26,468 nucleotides of DNA from a virus (lineage: Duplodnaviria > Caudoviricetes), in the IMG/VR virus record IMGVR_UViG_3300017754_000004, positions 1-26,468 of that record. One strand, 5' to 3'. The notes under the pieces were generated by a model. It was not told where the DNA came from, searched no databases, and saw nothing but the letters and a program-made list of their open reading frames with translations. Below, in pieces: positions 16,140-25,370 of this stretch. The translations under genes and the position numbers were made by a program. Position 1 is the stretch's first letter. Each line of letters begins with the position of its first letter.

Positions 16140-18521
16140 TTACCTCGCAAGAGAATACTTGAATGGGTTTTCGGCAAAGGCGGCGAAAATGTAGGTAGCG
16201 CCATTTGTGTTGTTGCCAGAATTCCTGATCTTGAAGCCATTCGCCGTGGCGTCGCAAAATCCTTGTGTTGTGTCTGCGTTGCTTAAGTCCGGGCGCAAAA
16301 GATCGGTCATCTCGTTATATGTGCTTCTCGCAGTGTCGTACAGCCACCAAGAACCTGTTGCCCCGCTGGCAGCTTTGGTGAGAATCCACCTCGGCCTAAA
16401 GCCAAGAAACACAAAAGGCCCATCCGCGCTGCCGTTGCCGGTGTACGATCCGAACGCACTAAAACCTGACACAGCGGCGAATAGGTAGGCGACGTAGGTT
16501 GTTCCATTTGCTGATAGTCCAGAAGCCAATGTAAACTGCGTTGATGTTGGCGCTGTGTTGTTCCAATATGCTGACGTTGTATTTGTTGCTCCTGTTGATT
16601 CAAGTTGTACTGCGCCTGTCGCTCCAATTGAAACGTGATACACAGGCCAGCCACCAGTAGCAGATCGAGACTTTGTGATAATCATGGATGGCACAACACC
16701 AAGATTGTGAGAAACATTAAGTGTCGCACCCGTACCCGTATACGTCACAATATCGAAGCCCTGCGTCGCACCTTCTTTCCATGCCCAACCTACATACGTA
16801 TCACCTGACTTATTCCAGTTATCCCAAGTCGATGATCCATTCGTCGTGGTAAATCCATCTGCATCAAATGATGACAAATATCCATACAAAGTATCGTTGA
16901 AACCACCTTCAGCGCCCGTACTGTTAGAAGCTAAAGTTTTGCTAGTACCAGCACCGCGAACCGAATCGAACAAGTGATGGTCTTGAGCAGACGCTCTGTC
17001 TTTCTCCCAAACAAGATCAGGCTGAAATCCAAGACCTGTCAACGAACGAGTAGCACCAGCAGAACCACCTGTTCCTGACCAAGTAAGCACGTTCATATAC
17101 TGATTGCCCTTCAGGATAGTCGGTGTCGGCAGGTTCAGCGTGTTCAGTGCTTTGAAGCCGGTCGGTGGTGTGTAGGCGAAGGGGCGCTGACCGAATGTCA
17201 GGTCAAACGTAGATGCGCTGGCACTGCTGCCGCTTTCTACATAGCCAGCAGCCCATGTCTTGCCGCTGCCAAACGTTTTCCCGTTTGTTCCGCTTAAAGG
17301 ATTACCGCTGTTCTGCCAAGTTCCGTTCTTGCTAAACCAGATCAGATTGTTGTCAAAGTCAACGGCAATGCCAATAACATCTCCAGTCGTGTATGTATTT
17401 CCAAAAGATACGCCTGTTGTTTCGTTGTAATAATTTCCGTCATAGCCATAAAGAACCGGCCCTGCACTTCCTTGAAGTGACCCGCCATTGAAGTTGACTG
17501 CGGTATTAAACATCCCGACAAACGGCTGTGATCCAGCGGTTGTAACGGTTGCCTCCCAATACCATTTCCCAGTATTGATAACGAATGTGCTGTGAATTGA
17601 GTAATTAAATGGGGGGCCGCCTGTGCCGCCTCCGACAAAACGCAGATTACCGTTCGACTTTGTACTGCCGCTGCCCATGTACAGCAACGGATTCAGCGTT
17701 GCATAATTCCCCCGCCCATTGCCGCCATCAGCCCACAGCGTCGGCACATCCAGCATGGAGTCATACGTCGCACCAGCAGTCACGCTGATGTTGTTCGGTG
17801 TCCAGTTGTTGCCGTTGCCTGAGTAGTCCTTGCCAATAGCCGCAGCAGTCGCAGCAGAGTTATCGCTGAAGTTTAGGTAGAAACCGTTTGTGCCGTAAGT
17901 GCCTGCGTACTTCTTTGGTTGCCAGACTCCGGTGACAGGATTGGTTTCGCCGAAGTAAGACGGATCAAGTGCCTGACCGTCAATTAAATTTATTTCGGTA
18001 AGATAACCATCAAGATAATCGTTTGAGTTTCTTGTGTTGCGACCAATGTTATGGGCAACATTATTGTTGACCGCTGTATCTGTATTTTGTGGAGGCGGTG
18101 TATTTGTAGCCCATGCAGTTATTTCCACCCCATTGACATAAACTCTAACCCTATTCGCAGCAGTTGCTTGTGTCGTATCTACCTTGTAGACAATGTGATA
18201 CCACGCACTTGGATCACGATAAACCGGTGTAGACACCATCAAAAATGATGCAGAGAAACCTTGAATCCTAAGTTGGTTAGATTGAAAACTTAATTGGCAT
18301 AAGCCGCTATCTGAATCGGCAGAATATGCGTACATCAGATTCAATGTCGTGGACAGCGACCCTAGCTTAACCCACCCACTCCATGTCCAAGTCTTGCGGT
18401 TGCCAGCACTCGCAGGAGTCCGATTGAAATACGCACTCGCGCTCGACCGCAGCCGCACAGAACGGCTGATCTGGTAACCAGCCGAATTGAGCAACAATGA
18501 ACTTCCCATCATTACGTTCAT
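16140..18521 (-). CDS. Tail fibre / receptor-binding protein with concanavalin A-like (LamG) and SPRY-like domains, 793 aa
   Basis: RKTWTWSGWVK, RDPSAWYHIV, YGTNGFYLNF (LamG-type); GKWYWEATV..GDVIGIAVD (SPRY-like); GFQPDLVW.K.R and HNLGVVP.MII.K.R repeats. Confidence 0.85.
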   Translation of the reverse strand: MNVMMGSSLLLNSAGYQISRSVRLRSSASAYFNRTPASAGNRKTWTWSGWVKLGSLSTTLNLMYAYSADSDSGLCQLSFQSNQLRIQGFSASFLMVSTPVYRDPSAWYHIVYKVDTTQATAANRVRVYVNGVEITAWATNTPPPQNTDTAVNNNVAHNIGRNTRNSNDYLDGYLTEINLIDGQALDPSYFGETNPVTGVWQPKKYAGTYGTNGFYLNFSDNSAATAAAIGKDYSGNGNNWTPNNISVTAGATYDSMLDVPTLWADGGNGRGNYATLNPLLYMGSGSTKSNGNLRFVGGGTGGPPFNYSIHSTFVINTGKWYWEATVTTAGSQPFVGMFNTAVNFNGGSLQGSAGPVLYGYDGNYYNETTGVSFGNTYTTGDVIGIAVDFDNNLIWFSKNGTWQNSGNPLSGTNGKTFGSGKTWAAGYVESGSSASASTFDLTFGQRPFAYTPPTGFKALNTLNLPTPTILKGNQYMNVLTWSGTGGSAGATRSLTGLGFQPDLVWEKDRASAQDHHLFDSVRGAGTSKTLASNSTGAEGGFNDTLYGYLSSFDADGFTTTNGSSTWDNWNKSGDTYVGWAWKEGATQGFDIVTYTGTGATLNVSHNLGVVPSMIITKSRSATGGWPVYHVSIGATGAVQLESTGATNTTSAYWNNTAPTSTQFTLASGLSANGTTYVAYLFAAVSGFSAFGSYTGNGSADGPFVFLGFRPRWILTKAASGATGSWWLYDTARSTYNEMTDLLRPDLSNADTTQGFCDATANGFKIRNSGNNTNGATYIFAAFAENPFKYSLAR

Positions 18522-19027
18522 TACTTAACATCCGGTAAGAAGTTGGTAATAATCTTCGTCGAGCTTGAAACATAAAAAGCAATAACATCAACCGCTGAGG
18601 CAGTTGCAGTCAAGCTCGGAACCGTACCGTTTGAAAAGTCCCAATACGATCCAAAAGCCATTGTCCTTGGCGTAGCGCCTTGCGTAATCACGATCACACC
18701 ATACTGACCCGGCGTCATGTTGGTCGGATTAGCTAGCGTCGTGTTCTCCGTCGTTGTGTGCGTAAAGTTGTTGGCTAGGTTCAGATTGACCGCAATCGAG
18801 CCAGCAGAGCTTGTCAGAGCAACCAGTGCGCCATTCGAGGCCATTTGTATCGTAACTCGCCCTGTGGAGTCGATACGCATATCCTCTGTGCCAGCAGTAG
18901 CAAAGGCAATCGTATCCGCAGCGGGATAGAAGATGCCCGTGTTGCTGTCTGTGCCTTCATAGGATGGATTAGACGCAGTGCCGTCTACTCCGCTAACTCC
19001 GTTTGTGCCGTCTAATACGAGTGGCAT
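18521..19027 (-). CDS. Tail fibre-associated protein, 168 aa
   Basis: DSNTGIFYPAADTIAFATAGTEDMRIDSTG fibre motif; TLANPTN..PGQ.G.I.ITQ...RT.AFGSYW.F C-terminal domain; TAATG overlap with the next gene. Confidence 0.7.
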   Translation of the reverse strand: MPLVLDGTNGVSGVDGTASNPSYEGTDSNTGIFYPAADTIAFATAGTEDMRIDSTGRVTIQMASNGALVALTSSAGSIAVNLNLANNFTHTTTENTTLANPTNMTPGQYGVIVITQGATPRTMAFGSYWDFSNGTVPSLTATASAVDVIAFYVSSSTKIITNFLPDVK

Positions 19028-19029
19028 AG

Positions 19030-20187
19030 TTATGCTCCTTCTAGCGCGGCTACTTTCGCCTGCAATGTTTCAATCATTTGCTGTTGCTCTTGAATGGCTG
19101 CGGTAAGAGTTGCGACCAAGAATGATGTGTCGATACCCTGTGGCTTAATGCTGCCGTCTTCGTTGACTGCATCTTTCTCACCACTTACTGCGTCTGGTAC
19201 AACTTCCGCCAGTTCGTGAGCAATAAAACCTTGACCGCTTGACCCGTCAATTTTCCAAGTATAGGCGCAAGGCTTAAGCGCGGCGACCTTTGATAATGCG
19301 CCGGTCATCGGTTGCACGTTTTCTTTTAGACGGTAGTCGGATGACGTAACGTAAGCCGTAGAAGAAAGGGTAGTAGTGATATTACCGACAGTGGTTGAAG
19401 AAGGACGTCTAAAACCAATAGCAGTATGTGTTCCGGCTGCGGTATTGGTATTAACAATGATTAAACCTTCTTGCGAAGCGCCGTCACTTGTAATGTTTAC
19501 TTTCTCAAGACTGGCTCGGGTGGTAGCGTTAATCAGCAAATTACCGCCGGAGTCGATAACCATTCTCCATGCCGCTGCTGTTTCGTCATAAACAACCAAT
19601 GCGCCATTTGTAAAACCACCTACAGTGCCAAGAACGCCAACACGAAACTGCCGCTGATCGTTTTTATAAAGTGTTGCAGCGTTATATCCATTCGCTTGCG
19701 TATCTTCAATTCTTAAATAAGTATTTCCTGATCCCCTAACATCCAGCTTATGCGCTGGAGAACTCGTACCAATCCCCACATTCCCCGACGTATCAACCCG
19801 CATACGCTCGGAGCCGCCGGTGTAGAATGTCATTGGCAGGTAAGAGCCTGTGCCACTAATAGTCGAATTCAATCGTGCTTCGGTTCCAGCATTTGCTGTG
19901 CCAACAAAAAATCCTGCGGCATTGCTTGGATCAGAGTTATTAAAGAATCCAAAATTAGCTACTGTTCCGGAACCGTTTGGAATTACTATCGTTTGTGTTC
20001 CTCCATTCACCGTACTCGTCTGAAACGCAACACGGTTAGCCACCGTCGCATTGCTGAAGTCGCCGGTAATCCTAGCCCCTGACGTTGGGATGTTTATATT
20101 ACCTGTTGTATCTAGCCCAATAACGTCTGTACCGCCTACCTGAATGGCTGCGGAGCCGTCTACGTTTGCTTTTATTCCGGCTGTCAT
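19030..20187 (-). CDS. Tail fibre/spike protein with C-terminal intramolecular chaperone (peptidase S74) domain, 385 aa
   Basis: ERMRVDTSGNVGIGTSSP repeats; TSSDYRLKENV autocleavage motif, GFIAHEL.EVVP.AV.G.KD, C-terminal coiled coil. Confidence 0.9.
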   Translation of the reverse strand: MTAGIKANVDGSAAIQVGGTDVIGLDTTGNINIPTSGARITGDFSNATVANRVAFQTSTVNGGTQTIVIPNGSGTVANFGFFNNSDPSNAAGFFVGTANAGTEARLNSTISGTGSYLPMTFYTGGSERMRVDTSGNVGIGTSSPAHKLDVRGSGNTYLRIEDTQANGYNAATLYKNDQRQFRVGVLGTVGGFTNGALVVYDETAAAWRMVIDSGGNLLINATTRASLEKVNITSDGASQEGLIIVNTNTAAGTHTAIGFRRPSSTTVGNITTTLSSTAYVTSSDYRLKENVQPMTGALSKVAALKPCAYTWKIDGSSGQGFIAHELAEVVPDAVSGEKDAVNEDGSIKPQGIDTSFLVATLTAAIQEQQQMIETLQAKVAALEGA

Positions 20188-20369
20188 TGTGATACTCCTT
20201 CATTTGCTGGCAATGGTTCGTTGCCTTCTTTACCAGTGCCATTGCACTTGCTGCATTTGCCAACAGACCTTGGCTCCCAGATTGGCACAACACCACGCCC
20301 ATCGCAAACACCGCAGATTGGTCTGTATTTAGGAATCGGCGGGTTTGCTATTTGACTAAACGAAATCAT
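20184..20369 (-). CDS. Small protein with DnaJ-type zinc-finger motifs, 61 aa
   Basis: CGVCDGRG and CSKCNGTG (two CxxCxGxG); ATGA overlaps with both neighbours. Confidence 0.6.
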   Translation of the reverse strand: MISFSQIANPPIPKYRPICGVCDGRGVVPIWEPRSVGKCSKCNGTGKEGNEPLPANEGVSQ

Positions 20370-20409
20370 GACTGCACCTCATCTGCGGGGGCTGGTTCGT
20401 TGCCTTCTT
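20214..20409. repeat. 17-bp exact direct repeat TGGTTCGTTGCCTTCTT (20214-20230 and 20393-20409)
   Basis: Both copies read directly from the sequence; each encodes EGNEP near the 3' end of two consecutive small genes. Confidence 0.9.
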
Positions 20410-20518
20410 CAAGCCAACGCAAATAGGCTTGGTAGTCTGTGTTAGCGGGGTCGAATGGGATAAATGCGGTATCAGTAAGACGCTGAACAATATTTGAGTT
20501 TTTAGTCAATTTATACAT
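20366..20518 (-). CDS. Small tail-fibre-associated protein, 50 aa (below ORF-track cutoff)
   Basis: Translated by hand: [50 protein letters not shown]. The [13 protein letters not shown]...GN.P.PA motif is common next to phage fibre genes; AAGGT RBS upstream. Confidence 0.85.
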   Translation of the reverse strand: MYKLTKNSNIVQRLTDTAFIPFDPANTDYQAYLRWLEEGNEPAPADEVQS

Positions 20519-20526
20519 TTTTTACC

Positions 20527-21807
20527 TTACAGTTCTATTGATGCAACCCATTGAGTACCAAAAGCCGAACTTACTGAAGCACCGCCCATAGAAATTGTGA
20601 ACGCACTATCTCCAATCGAATCAAAAGTAACTGCTCTCTCAGCTCCGACGTTATAGTCTCTTCCGTTTCCTGCTGTACCTGTTCCCGGAGAATATGCCGT
20701 CATGAGTGGGGCGGCTCTTTTTGTGACTTTAAATGTCATAGATGTGCCTGCAATACCATTAGCCCTTATAGACGTAAACATACCTAAACTACTTACAGTT
20801 CCCGGCGTTGTCCCTTGGTCGTAAGATTTCTCATAATACCGCTGACACCTCACCAACTCCGTACCATAATCGCGGAAATCAAAGCTCGTCGCTGTGCTGC
20901 CTTTTTCGAGTTGTACGCCGGTGATGTACCAAGTGGCGGCATTTGTACCTACTACGGATACTGTGCCTGATGGAGCAAATGCTGTAGTTCCAGAAGCCCA
21001 AGCGCCATTTGTGGCAGCGCCATAAGTAGAACCTGTACCCAAATTAAAATTTACATAAAGGCCATTACCGTTAGTAGCGCCAATCCAAGTCCCTGAAGTA
21101 TCCCCAACAATCGTGATTGTTTTTTGTTCCCAAGTATTTGCAGCGGATATAGTGTATGTAAATCCATAACTTCTATTTTCTGCGTTATTCTGTAAAGCAC
21201 CGCCAAATGTTCCTGTAAGACTAGACCTAACCCAAAAAGATAAGGTCAATGTCGCTGCGTTTGCAGTTCCGTATGCAAAATCGGCAAAGTTAAAACCTTC
21301 AATAAGTTGTTGAATAACAAAATAATCCGCTGCCAAGACTGAGTATGCAGACGAAGAAGTAACGCCAAGATAATTAGAAAATCCAGCAGGCGGTGTTACA
21401 GACCCGGCATTTTGCTGAACCGTAAATTTAGATGCTTGGCTTCTTCTGCATTTCCATCGATCAAGCGAATACGCAAAATCCGCTGGGTTCAAACTCGCCC
21501 CCGCATTCCGCTGGTCGATGACCATAGCCCCGTTGATGATGCGGTTACGAAAGCCAAAGCCCATACCCAACCCCGCACCGCCAATACTCGGTGCAGCAGT
21601 CATCAGGATCGTGTCTGTGTTCGCATTTCCTAACGTGGTATTGCCATCAACCGTCAGATTGCCTGCGAACGCCACGCTCTGGTCTGTGCCAAGCGTCATC
21701 GCAGCCGTACCTGCACCAGACCCCGTGTTGAACTGTAGGATGCCAGTAGCGTCTGGCGTTACTTGTGCGCCGGATGCGACGTTGCCCGCTTTAATTACTG
21801 TTGCCAT
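20527..21807 (-). CDS. Tail fibre protein with carbohydrate-binding-like domain, 426 aa
   Basis: FRNRIINGAMVIDQRN...DRW...TLSFWVRSS...ITGVQLEKGSTATSFDFR.YG.EL..CQRYY motif set typical of phage fibre CBM-like domains. Confidence 0.8.
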   Translation of the reverse strand: MATVIKAGNVASGAQVTPDATGILQFNTGSGAGTAAMTLGTDQSVAFAGNLTVDGNTTLGNANTDTILMTAAPSIGGAGLGMGFGFRNRIINGAMVIDQRNAGASLNPADFAYSLDRWKCRRSQASKFTVQQNAGSVTPPAGFSNYLGVTSSSAYSVLAADYFVIQQLIEGFNFADFAYGTANAATLTLSFWVRSSLTGTFGGALQNNAENRSYGFTYTISAANTWEQKTITIVGDTSGTWIGATNGNGLYVNFNLGTGSTYGAATNGAWASGTTAFAPSGTVSVVGTNAATWYITGVQLEKGSTATSFDFRDYGTELVRCQRYYEKSYDQGTTPGTVSSLGMFTSIRANGIAGTSMTFKVTKRAAPLMTAYSPGTGTAGNGRDYNVGAERAVTFDSIGDSAFTISMGGASVSSAFGTQWVASIEL

Positions 21808-21818
21808 GTTTTATCCCT

Positions 21819-22664
21819 TTACACAACCGTCCAACGCGAACCGTCAGATACTGTTACCGTGACACCATTAGCAATCGTAATGACACCCGGAGACATCGCG
21901 TTATCACCAGTGGCTACCGTGTAACTCGCCGTAATCGTTGCGCTACTCGCAAAAATACCATTCGAAGCCCTAGGAATAGATGCGCTAAATTCACCCGTAG
22001 AAGGTTTGTAGAGCAACTTCGCGTTCGAAGTAAATAGGCTCTCAGCCGTACCACTTGTAGCCCCAGCAAAGACCGGAAACAGATTACTTGCTGTGCTGGT
22101 GTCGTTAGAGAGCGTTGATCCACCAATCGATTTCCAAGCCGGAGAGGATCCGCTATACCCCTCGAACTGACTCGTTGAGGTGTTATAACGAATCATCCCG
22201 GTCGCCGGACTCCCCGGCTGCTCCCCAGACGTACCCTTACTAATTAGCAAGGCACCCGTGGATGTAAACGACGAATCAGCAGTAGCCGTCAACGCACCCG
22301 TGATGCTGGTGTTGCCAGAAACCGTGAGCTTTTCTGTAATGGAGGTCGTGCCGATGCCAACATTGCCAGTCGCATCAATTGCAAATGGCGTAGTGTCTGG
22401 GTTTGCGCTGTCCTCAACCAACAATGCATAGCCAGCCCCTCTCTGGGTAATTCTTACCGCAGGGGAGGCGCTACTCACATCAATAACGACTGGATCACTG
22501 TAGCTAGTGCCAGAGGCCAGCAGAACGACGGAGCCAGCATTGTTCAACGTATAGAGCTTGCGATCCGTTGTGTTGACCGCCAATTCCCCCTCAACCAAGC
22601 TACCGGGGGATGGAACAACGCCAGCACCATCGTTGTTCTTGGTGATGATAGTTACTACTGCCAT
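21819..22664 (-). CDS. Tail fibre protein (N-terminal virion-anchoring domain, Mtd-N/hyaluronidase-N-like), 281 aa
   Basis: PSPGSLVEGELAVNTTDRKLY, GNVGIGT, GMIRYNTSTSQFEGY, C-terminal NAMSPG.ITIA.GVTVTV..GSRWTVV. Confidence 0.75.
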   Translation of the reverse strand: MAVVTIITKNNDGAGVVPSPGSLVEGELAVNTTDRKLYTLNNAGSVVLLASGTSYSDPVVIDVSSASPAVRITQRGAGYALLVEDSANPDTTPFAIDATGNVGIGTTSITEKLTVSGNTSITGALTATADSSFTSTGALLISKGTSGEQPGSPATGMIRYNTSTSQFEGYSGSSPAWKSIGGSTLSNDTSTASNLFPVFAGATSGTAESLFTSNAKLLYKPSTGEFSASIPRASNGIFASSATITASYTVATGDNAMSPGVITIANGVTVTVSDGSRWTVV

Positions 22665-22892
22665 TTAAGCCTCCAAAGGCGCATCTGGGCGCGTGAACGG
22701 GAGCGTGATGTTTTCCGTCTGTCTCGCTGGCAATCGATACGGATCAAGGTCGTCGAGGTCGTACCGACACACCCGCAAGCCGGGGCTATTCGGATCCGAG
22801 TACAACTCGTCCAAAGACATCTTGATGCGGCAGCGGTCGCATACGCCTATGCCGTAAGTAGATTTTCCCGTAGGATCAAGCCAGATGCTCAT
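22665..22892 (-). CDS. Small conserved-type phage protein with Cys motifs (possible metal binding), 75 aa
   Basis: GVCDRC...GLRVC...D..DP...L.F.RPD pattern, typically found after the connector gene; ATGA overlap. Confidence 0.7.
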   Translation of the reverse strand: MSIWLDPTGKSTYGIGVCDRCRIKMSLDELYSDPNSPGLRVCRYDLDDLDPYRLPARQTENITLPFTRPDAPLEA

Positions 22893-23878
22893 CGTGTGTA
22901 AATAGAAATGTTGGGTGTAAAGTAAATTGGCGAGTTGTCGCGCTCTTCCATCTCCGCCTCGCTCAATGCCCGTAAAGCCTTCTGATCCAGCACCTGCACA
23001 TATCCCGGCTCAACCTGCGACATCTCTTCTGCCAGCCTTGCTGCCAGCAGATACACAATCGCCTCGTACCACCGCTGCGGCACCTCAATTTCCTCGGTCA
23101 ACGTGCCAACGTCCATGATGTACCGCTTGACGTAGGTCACCACCTGACCAAGCGCCTGCGACTCATTTGGCACAGGCCAGATGTACATCACAGGCTCATT
23201 CAAAGTACGGTCAAGCCAGAACTGAAGCGGCTTACCAGTGAATGTCTTGTTGGGCAGGTTGGAGTAGCTGTCACGGTTTAAACGCGCCATGACGATCTCA
23301 TTCGGGGTATTGCCGACCAGAACCGTATCCTGATCTAGCAAGCCACCGGGAGCCAGCACACGGAAATACTGCGTGGCAAGGCTTCCATCGATGTCCACCC
23401 ATGTCCACTCACCAGCAGCCTGATCAGGGTCTGAGACGCTCTTAACGGTCTCCCAGACCACACCATCCGGGCTGATTTGCAGGTTGAACGCAACCGACGC
23501 GCCAAGCCAGTTGACACCAACAGTGGTCACGATTTCAGCCGTACCAAGGTTGAACGTCACCCGATCCACCGCCACCGTCTCGGTGACAGGCGTCAGGTAC
23601 TGGATTGTCCGGTAGTTGGTGTTGAGCAAGTCCACGATCCCGTTGCCCACAGGCACCGCCGCCTGATTCACATACAGCGGCAGGATCAGCTTCTCAATGC
23701 ACCAGAGTTGGATACCACGATTGGCAAGGCTAGACAGGATGAGGTACAGGGTTTCCTGAGCGACCGTCATCTGCTCACCACCCACCCCCTCGGGGGGCAG
23801 GCGGCACTTACGAAACGCATGGTCAATGACCTTGCGCGTGTTGAAAGTTGTCAACGAGACCGTTCCAGAAACTGCCAC
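22889..23878 (-). CDS. Head-tail connector/adaptor (P22 gp4-like) with inserted discoidin/F5-8-like beta domain, 329 aa
   Basis: MAVSGT...VIDHAFRKC...L.LILSSLANRGIQLW, RDSY.NLPNK...G.P.QFW.DR, PQRWYEAIVYLLA; central ISPDGVVWETV...QYFRV insert. GTG start with AGGAG RBS. Confidence 0.65.
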   Translation of the reverse strand: MAVSGTVSLTTFNTRKVIDHAFRKCRLPPEGVGGEQMTVAQETLYLILSSLANRGIQLWCIEKLILPLYVNQAAVPVGNGIVDLLNTNYRTIQYLTPVTETVAVDRVTFNLGTAEIVTTVGVNWLGASVAFNLQISPDGVVWETVKSVSDPDQAAGEWTWVDIDGSLATQYFRVLAPGGLLDQDTVLVGNTPNEIVMARLNRDSYSNLPNKTFTGKPLQFWLDRTLNEPVMYIWPVPNESQALGQVVTYVKRYIMDVGTLTEEIEVPQRWYEAIVYLLAARLAEEMSQVEPGYVQVLDQKALRALSEAEMEERDNSPIYFTPNISIYTR

Positions 23879-23945
23879 TTTTTTCTCCTATAAGCCGCAG
23901 TTCGCCGGATATGGCGACCTCTTTGGACTACATTTTATTGCCTGA
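23879..23945 (-). promoter_or_regulatory. Only sizeable intergenic gap: possible -10-like TAAAAT, small hairpin and strong RBS
   Basis: Minus-strand TAAAAT at 23932-23937, inverted repeat TCGCC(23902-23906)/GGCGA(23913-23917), AGGAG at 23885-23889. Confidence 0.3.
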
Positions 23946-25169
23946 TCAGCACTTTGGGTTGCGATTAAAGGTGGGGACGCCACCCTTCTTGAGCTTAGTC
24001 ATTGGCTTGCCGGGATGCATAGACGCTTCATGCTTATGGACAGCCTTCTTGATCATCTTCTTGTCCATAGCAACGTCAGAATGCACCGCGCCACCCTTCT
24101 TCTTGCCCATCACGGCATCGTAAGCTGATTTTGCGCCTTCGCCAATCTTGCGTGGGATGTACATCAGGGCGTCACTCATCGCCTTGCGATCAGCCTCATT
24201 CTCAGCCCGTTCACGCTCATAGTGCTGGCGCTCGGCATCGCGCATCTGGCGATCCATCTTCTCGCCGCGAGCCTGTTCCATCATCTGGCGCTCACGGTCG
24301 GTCATAGGCGCTCTTGGCTTGACCGGCTTGACGTTCTTGGCGCGGACGTTCTCCTTGACCATCTCGCTCACCTGACCGCCATCAGCGTAGCAAGCCTTGC
24401 CACCCTTTTTGTAATACCTGCCCGCTTGCTTCTCTTTAATCATCTCGCCAGCGTCTTCGGAGAACTTTTTAAAGCGGAACATCGGGTCATACTTGTCGCC
24501 ACTCTTAATTATTCGGTCACCCAATGGGGTTTTCATGGTGTTGCCCTGAAAATCTCCCGGCATATCGACCGTTTTGCGGTCAAACGGGCTTTCGCGGCTA
24601 ACGACGTTGTCGCGACCCTCTGGATACTTGTCGCTCTTGTATTTTTTGTGCCTTTCCAGCTTGTAATTAGCTCTTCCAACAGCTTTTTCTGTCGGCGTCA
24701 GGTCTCTTTCGTCTACATCACCGCCCTCGGCGTAGCGAGTCTTGCCGCCCTTCTTCATGGCATCAGGCATTTTGAGTTCGCGCTCTTCATGCTTGATGAT
24801 TTTGGCTGGAGCGCCTGCCTTTTTGAGTAAAGCGATCTCTTTTTTGACAATTGCTTCTGGCTCACGCTTCATTCCGACCAATTTGGCGGATTTTTCGCCT
24901 TTTTTAGCGTCTCCACCGTCCTTATAGCCCGCCGCCTTCTTCTCAGACAGGGCAATAGCCATTGCCTGCTTCGGACTTTTAACGACTGGCCCCTTTGCCG
25001 AGCCAGAATGCAGGTCGCCACGCTTAAATTCACCCATCACCTTGGCAACTTTGGCCTGACCCTTGGTTTTTGCGGCGCTAGAAGTGCTGCCACCACGGGC
25101 ATAGCCGGTAGATGTAGGACGAGCCGTCGGTGCCGGGAAGGAAAACTCACCGTATTTGAGCTTGCTCAT
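23946..25169 (-). CDS. Lys-rich modular protein with eight xxxGG motifs, incl. a DUF6496-like module; putative capsid-internal protein, 407 aa
   Basis: KVAKVMGEFKRGDLHSGS..GPVVKSPKQAMAIALSE module; YARGG, YKDGG, MKKGG, YAEGG, YKKGG, YADGG, KKKGG, LKKGG. Confidence 0.75.
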   Translation of the reverse strand: MSKLKYGEFSFPAPTARPTSTGYARGGSTSSAAKTKGQAKVAKVMGEFKRGDLHSGSAKGPVVKSPKQAMAIALSEKKAAGYKDGGDAKKGEKSAKLVGMKREPEAIVKKEIALLKKAGAPAKIIKHEERELKMPDAMKKGGKTRYAEGGDVDERDLTPTEKAVGRANYKLERHKKYKSDKYPEGRDNVVSRESPFDRKTVDMPGDFQGNTMKTPLGDRIIKSGDKYDPMFRFKKFSEDAGEMIKEKQAGRYYKKGGKACYADGGQVSEMVKENVRAKNVKPVKPRAPMTDRERQMMEQARGEKMDRQMRDAERQHYERERAENEADRKAMSDALMYIPRKIGEGAKSAYDAVMGKKKGGAVHSDVAMDKKMIKKAVHKHEASMHPGKPMTKLKKGGVPTFNRNPKC

Positions 25170-25369
25170 GATTTTTTACCCTTCTGCGCCATGCGCATAT
25201 TGTCTATGAGGTTGGGATACGGTCTTCCAGCGGCTTTTGCAGCCTTCTTTGCCGATGATTTTTGGTTCGCCGTGAGCTTTTTAGGCTTCGGCAGGTCATC
25301 AGGGCGTGGCTTGTCCCAAGGTGCTTTGACCTTGCCGCCCTTCTTAAACGCCATCTTCTGTCCAATCAT
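25166..25369 (-). CDS. Small basic protein, 67 aa
   Basis: FKKGG; PWDKPRP....PKKLT..QK.SAK..AKAAGRPYPNLIDNM motif; ATGA overlap with the next gene. Confidence 0.75.
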   Translation of the reverse strand: MIGQKMAFKKGGKVKAPWDKPRPDDLPKPKKLTANQKSSAKKAAKAAGRPYPNLIDNMRMAQKGKKS

Positions 25370-25370
25370 C

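Noticed and set aside
10022-16257. ORF-track starts at 10084 (KS), 14938 (holin) and 16257 (chaperone)
   Set aside because: These extensions overlap upstream genes by 60-120 nt; downstream Met codons at 10021, 14875 and 16137 give typical coupling/RBS.
8904-19045. Recurring (AGG/GAGG)..TA(G/A)CT-ATG sequence at several gene junctions (8906, 13287, 13943, 19027)
   Set aside because: Explained by Shine-Dalgarno plus stop-codon/start spacing; too short to support a separate regulatory element.
21819-22664. Diversity-generating retroelement, suggested by the Mtd-N-like fibre domain
   Set aside because: No reverse transcriptase and no ~100-bp TR/VR pair differing at adenines was seen in the window.
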